Shown here: one piece after another, positions 26,303-31,500 of the stretch
Numbering within the stretch: the first letter of the stretch is position 1
How the letters are laid out: the number at the start of each line of letters is the position of its first letter
Assembly: GCA_043822785.1 (NCBI GenBank)
Contig: JBDRBN010000108.1
Span: 1-31,500 of the forward strand
DNA: 31,500 bases
Reading direction: 5' to 3'
DNA from: Pseudomonadota bacterium
GTDB lineage: Bacteria > UBA10199 > 2-02-FULL-44-16 > JAAZCA01
The notes under the pieces: generated by a model
The model's database searches: none
Seen by the model: the letters and a program-made list of their open reading frames with translations, nothing else
Told to the model about the DNA's origin: nothing
Translations under genes and position numbers: made by a program

Positions 26303-26989
26303 ATGGAAAGAGCTACTATTACTGCAGAAAAACGCATGACAAGTAAGGGCATAGCCAAGAAATTGCGGGCCAAAGGAAAAATCCCGGCAACCCTCTACGG
26401 AAAAAACATCAAACCGCTCAGCATCGTAGTGGACAAATTACAGTTCGAAAAAGCCACAAAGACGACTGCTGGCATGAACGTGATGTTAGATTTAACAGTC
26501 GAAAAAACCGACTCAGGCCTCGCCTTTATCAGGGATTATCAGGCTGATCCGTTCAAACGCGAATTTAAGCACATTGATTTTCAGGCCATAAGCCTTGACG
26601 AGACGATCGAGATCGAAGTTCCTATCGAGTTGATTGGAGCATCAAAGGGTGTAAAGGAAGGTGGAGTGCTGGTTCAGGAGCGCCACACCCTCGAGATCAA
26701 AGCAAAGCCAAATGATATCCCCGATAAAATAACGATCGACATAACCGAACTTGACGTCGGCGACGGCATTCACGCTGATGATTTAACTTTGCCCAAGGGA
26801 GTGGAGTTTCCCCATATTACAAACTTCTCACTGGTAGCCGTTGTTCCTCCAGCCAAAGAAGAGGTGGTTGCACCTCCTGCCGAAGAACTGGCTGAGGGTG
26901 AAGTAGCAGCTGCTCCTGCTGAAGGCGAGGGAGCTGTCGCAGAAAAGAAGGAACCCGAAAAGAAGGCTGAAAAGGAAGCGAAGGCATAG
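26303..26989 (+). CDS. rplY: 50S ribosomal protein L25/Ctc
   Basis: LRAKGKIPATLYG, HIDF, GVKEGGVL, acidic Ala/Glu tail. Confidence 0.95.
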   Translation: MERATITAEKRMTSKGIAKKLRAKGKIPATLYGKNIKPLSIVVDKLQFEKATKTTAGMNVMLDLTVEKTDSGLAFIRDYQADPFKREFKHIDFQAISLDETIEIEVPIELIGASKGVKEGGVLVQERHTLEIKAKPNDIPDKITIDITELDVGDGIHADDLTLPKGVEFPHITNFSLVAVVPPAKEEVVAPPAEELAEGEVAAAPAEGEGAVAEKKEPEKKAEKEAKA

Positions 26990-26994
26990 CTTAA

Positions 26995-27552
26995 GTGAAG
27001 CTCATAGCTGGTCTTGGAAATCCAGGGCGTTCTTACAGCCGGCATCGCCACAACGCGGGTTTTCGGGTGATCGACGAGCTCGCGCTAAGGCATGGCATGG
27101 ATGTTTGCAAACATTCCTTTGGGGCGCTTACTGCAAGCGGGGCCATAGCTGGGGAATCCGTGCTCTTAGCCAAACCCCAGACTTATATGAACTTGTCAGG
27201 AGAGCCGGTAACTTCGCTTCTTAGATACTACAAGCTCGATGCTGATTCGCTCATAGTGGTTCACGATGATCTGGATATCGACAGCGGCAAAATAAAGCTC
27301 GCTAAATGCGCAGGGTCTGCAGGGCACAACGGCGTAGCTTCTATAATTGAAACGCTAGGCCATAAAGACTTTATAAGGATAAGGGTAGGAGTGGGAAGGC
27401 CGCCTGAGGGAATGGATGGCGCTGATTATGTGCTCTCGCCAATATCGAAGGATGAAGAGAGAATAATGGCCAAAGCTTTTGAACAAGCTGCATCAGCTAT
27501 TGAAATGATAATAAGCAAGGGGCTTGCAAAAGCCCAACAAGAATACCATTAA
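26995..27552 (+). CDS. pth: Peptidyl-tRNA hydrolase
   Basis: GLGNPG..Y..HRHNAGF, KPQTYMNLSG, HDDLD, GHNG, RIRVGVGRP. Confidence 0.97.
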   Translation: MKLIAGLGNPGRSYSRHRHNAGFRVIDELALRHGMDVCKHSFGALTASGAIAGESVLLAKPQTYMNLSGEPVTSLLRYYKLDADSLIVVHDDLDIDSGKIKLAKCAGSAGHNGVASIIETLGHKDFIRIRVGVGRPPEGMDGADYVLSPISKDEERIMAKAFEQAASAIEMIISKGLAKAQQEYH

Positions 27553-27598
27553 CCAGTTGTTAGCTGGTCACTGGTTACTGGTCACTAGTCACTGTTTT
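27550..27598. repeat. 7-mer tandem array after pth
   Basis: CTGGTCA CTGGTTA CTGGTCA CTAGTCA; one inverted unit TAACCAG includes the pth stop. Confidence 0.75.
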
Positions 27599-27600
27599 TA

Positions 27601-27653
27601 GCTCCTTAGTCCTGGGGTAGTCTCAGGGCCTATATAACCCGAAAGGAGGAAGT
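27601..27653 (+). promoter_or_regulatory. Probable rpsF leader (S6:S18-binding-type) RNA
   Basis: CTCCTT (27602-27607) can pair with SD AAGGAG (27643-27648), enclosing helix GTCCTG/CAGGGC and CC-containing unpaired segments. Confidence 0.6.
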
Positions 27654-28079
27654 ATGAGGGAGTACGAGACTTTAATCATCACCAGGCCAGAGCTTACCGA
27701 AACTCAACTCAACGAGACAAGCGAGAAGATCAAATCCATCATCCAAAAAAAGAATGGACGTCTCTTCTTTGCCAGAAGCTTAGGAAAGCGCTCTCTGTCC
27801 CATTCTATCAAGAAGGAAACTAAAGGCGTATATACCTGTTTTGACTTTGCAGCAGCCGGCTCTACTGTAAGCGATATCGAACGCGCACTCCGCATCGATG
27901 ACACTGTCCTGCGTTTTCTCACAATCATTAAAAATGAATGTGTAGACGTAGAATCTCGTGCAGCAGAGGTGGTAGCGCGCGGAGAAGATGTTGCTCAAGC
28001 TTTAGAAAGTGCGCCTGTAAAAAAAGACTATGAAGCCGAAGTCGAACTGGAGGAAGGAGACTTTAACCATGGCATTTAA
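27654..28079 (+). CDS. rpsF: 30S ribosomal protein S6
   Basis: MREYET..I.RP, GKR.L...IKK, VLRFL. Confidence 0.93.
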   Translation: MREYETLIITRPELTETQLNETSEKIKSIIQKKNGRLFFARSLGKRSLSHSIKKETKGVYTCFDFAAAGSTVSDIERALRIDDTVLRFLTIIKNECVDVESRAAEVVARGEDVAQALESAPVKKDYEAEVELEEGDFNHGI

Positions 28080-28353
28080 ACCAAGAGGAAGAAACAAAGG
28101 AAAAACATTCAAAAAGAAGAGCAAAACATTAGGACGTCCTCGTGTCTGCCGCTTCTGTGCTGATAAAAAACTTTCCATAGATTATAAAGACGCAAGAGTA
28201 CTCACGTCCTTTACAACCGAACGCGGCAAGGTAATCCCACGTCGCATATCAGGAAACTGTGCTAAGCATCAGCGCGAGGTTACGCTCGCCATAAAGCGAG
28301 CAAGGATAATGGCACTCATTCCGTTTACGGCAACGCAATTGCCCATGCACTAA
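28069..28353 (+). CDS. rpsR: 30S ribosomal protein S18 (Zn-binding Cys form)
   Basis: [37 protein letters not shown] 28069 follows AAGGAG. Confidence 0.97.
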   Translation: MAFKPRGRNKGKTFKKKSKTLGRPRVCRFCADKKLSIDYKDARVLTSFTTERGKVIPRRISGNCAKHQREVTLAIKRARIMALIPFTATQLPMH

Positions 28354-28362
28354 GGAGTATAG

Positions 28363-29388
28363 ATGTTTGGTTCGCAAGAAACAAAAACTATTGGCATATC
28401 AGCCATCATCGCCCTTGTGCTCTACTTTAGCGGTTTTCTGATAATCCTCACTCCCCTACCGCTCATGTATGCATATATGGCACGTGGCCAAAATGCAGGC
28501 TGGTTTGCATCTGGTCTTGCCAGTTTGGCGGTGGTTGTCGTCTACTCGTTGTTCGGCAATATTGCGGCTTCGGGCTACCTTGCTTACCTTCCTATACCAG
28601 GGCAGGGAATGGCAGAATTCATGCCAGCCATTTTTCTCAAAGTGTTTGGCGTTGGCTACTTTGCTTTTTTTGCCGCAATAGCGCTTACCTTAGCTTGGGG
28701 AACGCAGCAAAGATTTAGCATAATGCGCTGGGGCACTTACGCCTTGCTGGCCGGTTCAGGTATACTAATCGCAACTTTCGCAGTGGCAAAATTATTTGGA
28801 GCTACAGGCCTTGCACAAGGAGCCAGCTCCTATATGCGCTACGTTTTAGGCGAGATAGCACAGGCAAACCAAGCAACAAGTTCACAAAACACACAGCTAG
28901 CCTTTATTGCTGACCACACAGAACAAATTGTGACGACAATGTTACGAGCGCTGCCTTCATTAACCTTCGTATATATCGTAGTCACAGTTGCCATAAATGC
29001 AGTGGCGGGCCTGCGTATCGTAAGGGTACGTCACACCCTGATGCACTCAAACGACATGGCGCGCTTCAAGCTTCCAGACTGGCTCATTTGGGGAGTCATA
29101 ACTTCCGGCATCACGTTCTTTGCAGACAATTACGTGTTTCGTTCAAATTTTTTTGGTGCACTTTCGCTAAACTTGCTCATCGGCCTTGGAGCGCTTTACT
29201 TTCTCCAAGGAATGGCAGTGACAGTCTATTTTCTGCGAGGAATTCGCTTTTCACTGCTTCGTACACTCGCGTACATTGTCATGATAATCTTTTTACAAAC
29301 AGTTAGCATAGCGCTCGTCGTATTGGGCATCTTCGATGTGTGGGCTAACTTCAGGCTCAGGCGCTGGCGCATGCTTCAACAACAATAA
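28363..29388 (+). CDS. DUF2232/YybS-like polytopic membrane protein
   Basis: Multiple TM segments, FKLPDWLIW, YFLQG, LGIFDVWANFR. Typical position between rpsR and rplI. Confidence 0.8.
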   Translation: MFGSQETKTIGISAIIALVLYFSGFLIILTPLPLMYAYMARGQNAGWFASGLASLAVVVVYSLFGNIAASGYLAYLPIPGQGMAEFMPAIFLKVFGVGYFAFFAAIALTLAWGTQQRFSIMRWGTYALLAGSGILIATFAVAKLFGATGLAQGASSYMRYVLGEIAQANQATSSQNTQLAFIADHTEQIVTTMLRALPSLTFVYIVVTVAINAVAGLRIVRVRHTLMHSNDMARFKLPDWLIWGVITSGITFFADNYVFRSNFFGALSLNLLIGLGALYFLQGMAVTVYFLRGIRFSLLRTLAYIVMIIFLQTVSIALVVLGIFDVWANFRLRRWRMLQQQ

Positions 29389-29410
29389 TAGAAGACAGGG
29401 GAGGAATCCT

Positions 29411-29854
29411 ATGCAGCTTATCTTAAAAGAAGATGTTCAAAGCCTTGGCAAAGCCGGCGATGTGGTAACTGTGCGAGAAGGCTATGGCCGCAATTACCTC
29501 TTGCCCAAGAAAAAAGCAATCGTGGCTGCTCCCAACAACCTAAAGCAGCTCGAACACCAAAAGAAAATCGTTGCAGCGCTTCAGCTCAAGCGCAAGAGAA
29601 CTGCTGAAGAGTTAGCCCAAAAGATCGGTGCTTTATCACTCACCATAAGTCGCGATGCAGGCGAAGAGGACAAGCTCTTTGGCTCGGTGACCACCAAGGA
29701 TATCTCAGAAGCTTTGAGAAACGAGGGTTTTATCATCGACCGTCACGATATCCACCTCGACGCGCCGATTAAGAATCTTGGTATTTTCGATGTTCCAGCA
29801 AAGCTGCATTCAGAGGTCACAGCCACAGTTAAGGTATGGGTCGTTAAAAAGTAA
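29411..29854 (+). CDS. rplI: 50S ribosomal protein L9
   Basis: LGKAGDVVTVREGYGRNYLLP, KLFGSVT, KLHSEV. ATG 29411 follows GGAGG. Confidence 0.97.
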   Translation: MQLILKEDVQSLGKAGDVVTVREGYGRNYLLPKKKAIVAAPNNLKQLEHQKKIVAALQLKRKRTAEELAQKIGALSLTISRDAGEEDKLFGSVTTKDISEALRNEGFIIDRHDIHLDAPIKNLGIFDVPAKLHSEVTATVKVWVVKK

Positions 29855-29904
29855 AAAACGCTTTGCGTTTTTTACTTTCGTTGTTCGTTGTTCGTAATTC
29901 GTTC
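29848..29904. repeat. 14-bp hairpin over the rplI stop, followed by a 7-mer array
   Basis: AAAGTAAAAAACGC-TTT-GCGTTTTTTACTTT, then TTCGTTG TTCGTTG TTCGTAA TTCGTTC. Confidence 0.7.
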
Positions 29905-29942
29905 TTTAGTTTTTATATGTTGTATATATTTAAAACTTAATT

Positions 29943-31346
29943 ATGACCACACTACCTACTACGCAAAAGATGAAGCTTCCGCCACAGAACCTTGAGGCAG
30001 AACGCTCGGTTCTGGGTAGCATGCTCATAGACAACGAGGCAATTCACCGCGTTGTGGAACTTGTCACAAAGGATACGTTCTACCGCGAAGCACATCGAAA
30101 GATATTCGATGCGATCATAAGCCTTTATCAGCGAAACGAACCCTCAGACCTTGTCACCGTCACCACCGAGCTTAAATCAAAGGGACATCTTGAAGAGGTA
30201 GGTGGAGCAGTTTATCTATCCTCGCTTGTGGATGACGTTCCTACTTCTGCAAACGCAGGTTCCTATGCACGCATAATCCACGAAAAAGCCCTGCGAAGGC
30301 TACTCATCGATGGAGCAACCGAGATAGCCCAGCGTGGATATCAAGAGGAAGGCAACGTAGACGAGTTCGTTGATCAGGCTGAAAGAATAATCCTAGAAAT
30401 TGCGCAGCGCCGCATCAAACAGGGATTTGCAAGCGTAAAAGAAATAGTAAAAGACAGTTTCAAAGCAATCGAACAACTCTATGAACGCAAAGAGCTCCTC
30501 ACGGGTTTGCCCACAGGCTATAAAGATCTTGATCGCATCACCTGTGGCTTTCAGCGCTCAGACCTCATAGTCATCGCCGGCCGCCCAAGCATGGGCAAGA
30601 CTGCTCTGGCATTGAACATCGCCGAATTCGTAGCAGTAGAGGCAGGTCACAAAGTAGCCATATTCTCGCTCGAGATGTCCAAGGAGCAGCTGGTTCAGAG
30701 AATGCTCTGTTCGCGTGCAGAGGTGGATGCGTCAAAACTTCGCGGCGGATTCTTAAGCGAAGGCGATTGGCCAAGGCTTACACGCGCTGCAGGGCTATTG
30801 TCTGAGGCACCCATCTTCATAGACGACTCCCCTGCCTTAAACGCGTTGGAGATACGGGCAAAGGCAAGAAGGCTCCTGCGCGAGCACGGCCTCGATCTCG
30901 TAGTTGTGGATTACCTTCAGCTCATGCGCGGTATAGGCAGGGCAGAGAGCCGCGAGCGCGAGATATCTGAAATATCCAGATCGCTAAAAGCTTTGGCAAA
31001 AGAACTTAACGTTCCGGTGGTCGCACTCTCCCAGCTTAACCGAGGCGTGGAGGCCAGGCAGGACAAGAGGCCACAGCTGGCGGATCTACGTGAATCGGGC
31101 GCGATCGAGCAGGATGCAGATGTAATAACATTCATCTATCGCGATGAGATGTACAACAAGGAAAGTCCAGATGCTGGCAAGGCCGAAGTGATCGTTGGCA
31201 AGCAGCGCAACGGCCCTACAGGAAAGGTTGTTCTCGCTTTCAGGGGATCGCTCACGCGCTTTGATGATTTAGCACACGGGCCTGATGAGTACGTTGCACC
31301 AGGACTCATGCCTTCTGCAGATGCAGATGAAATGCCTCCATTATAA
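29943..31346 (+). CDS. dnaB: Replicative DNA helicase
   Basis: PPQNLEAE, GRPSMGKT, FSLEM, VDYLQLM, LSQLNR, DLRESGAIEQDAD, KQRNGPTG. No intein. Confidence 0.99.
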   Translation: MTTLPTTQKMKLPPQNLEAERSVLGSMLIDNEAIHRVVELVTKDTFYREAHRKIFDAIISLYQRNEPSDLVTVTTELKSKGHLEEVGGAVYLSSLVDDVPTSANAGSYARIIHEKALRRLLIDGATEIAQRGYQEEGNVDEFVDQAERIILEIAQRRIKQGFASVKEIVKDSFKAIEQLYERKELLTGLPTGYKDLDRITCGFQRSDLIVIAGRPSMGKTALALNIAEFVAVEAGHKVAIFSLEMSKEQLVQRMLCSRAEVDASKLRGGFLSEGDWPRLTRAAGLLSEAPIFIDDSPALNALEIRAKARRLLREHGLDLVVVDYLQLMRGIGRAESREREISEISRSLKALAKELNVPVVALSQLNRGVEARQDKRPQLADLRESGAIEQDADVITFIYRDEMYNKESPDAGKAEVIVGKQRNGPTGKVVLAFRGSLTRFDDLAHGPDEYVAPGLMPSADADEMPPL

Positions 31347-31404
31347 TAATTCCGAATATCGAAATCCCACTGCTGTCGCGTTAGAACTGCTTGTTTTTCA
31401 TGGA

Positions 31405-31490
31405 TGTCATTGCGAGCAAAGCGAAGCAATCCCCTTATAACCTGTGTTTGCGGGAGATTGCTTCGTCGCTAAACGCTCCTCGCAATGACA
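31405..31490. repeat. Complete REP-like palindromic element downstream of dnaB
   Basis: 12-bp terminal inverted repeats TGTCATTGCGAG/CTCGCAATGACA and inner inverted repeat CGAAGCAATC/GATTGCTTCG. Confidence 0.9.
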
Positions 31491-31500
31491 CCTAGACATG

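Noticed and set aside
28069..28079. Absence of ssb/priB between rpsF and rpsR
   Set aside because: Direct rpsF-rpsR linkage is a common arrangement and not notable.
4652..29410. Longest-ORF starts for dapF, dapA, porB, porA, porD, spoVG, rpsR and rplI
   Set aside because: The extensions cross repeats or neighbouring genes. Downstream ATGs have SD sequences and match the family N-termini.
290..31429. Many antisense or alternate-frame ORFs (e.g. 1223-1723, 3025-3489, 6314-6850, 7835-8359, 16697-17365, 21196-21693, 31136-31429)
   Set aside because: They overlap well-supported genes or repeats and have no recognisable motifs; treated as shadow ORFs.
1..31500. Window as a plasmid or phage genome because of the terminal repeat
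   Set aside because: Content is chromosomal housekeeping, with no rep, par, capsid, terminase or integrase genes.

Overview
This 31.5 kb window is bacterial chromosomal DNA. The gene content (MglA-type GTPase, spoVG-tRNA-Gln-prs-rplY-pth block, rpsF-rpsR-DUF2232-rplI-dnaB, Gly-rich-linker lipoproteins) suggests a deltaproteobacterial/Myxococcota-related lineage, which is an inference. Housekeeping content: rho, dapF-dapA-dapB-folK-transaldolase, a four-subunit 2-oxoacid:ferredoxin oxidoreductase operon (gamma-delta-alpha-beta), a glycogen cluster (glgC, GH57, GalT-like, glgA), ispE and translation/replication genes. Accessory content: a 662-aa protein built from four ~94-113 aa repeats, an XRE-HTH/AbiEii-type toxin-antitoxin pair with an operator over its start codon, and two paralogous beta-propeller-like lipoproteins. 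The most unusual signals are non-coding. (i) A two-copy structured element starts exactly at the UGA stop of rho and of the oxidoreductase gamma gene and shows a compensatory base-pair change. (ii) A dispersed family of inverted 9-mer-periodic arrays, plus 6- and 7-mer arrays, sits at gene junctions. (iii) An identical 82-bp sequence lies at both window ends. Two proteins carry substitutions at normally conserved catalytic positions: MglA (G21P, Q82E) and Rho (Walker-B D to E). All calls are by eye from sequence; no database searches were run.
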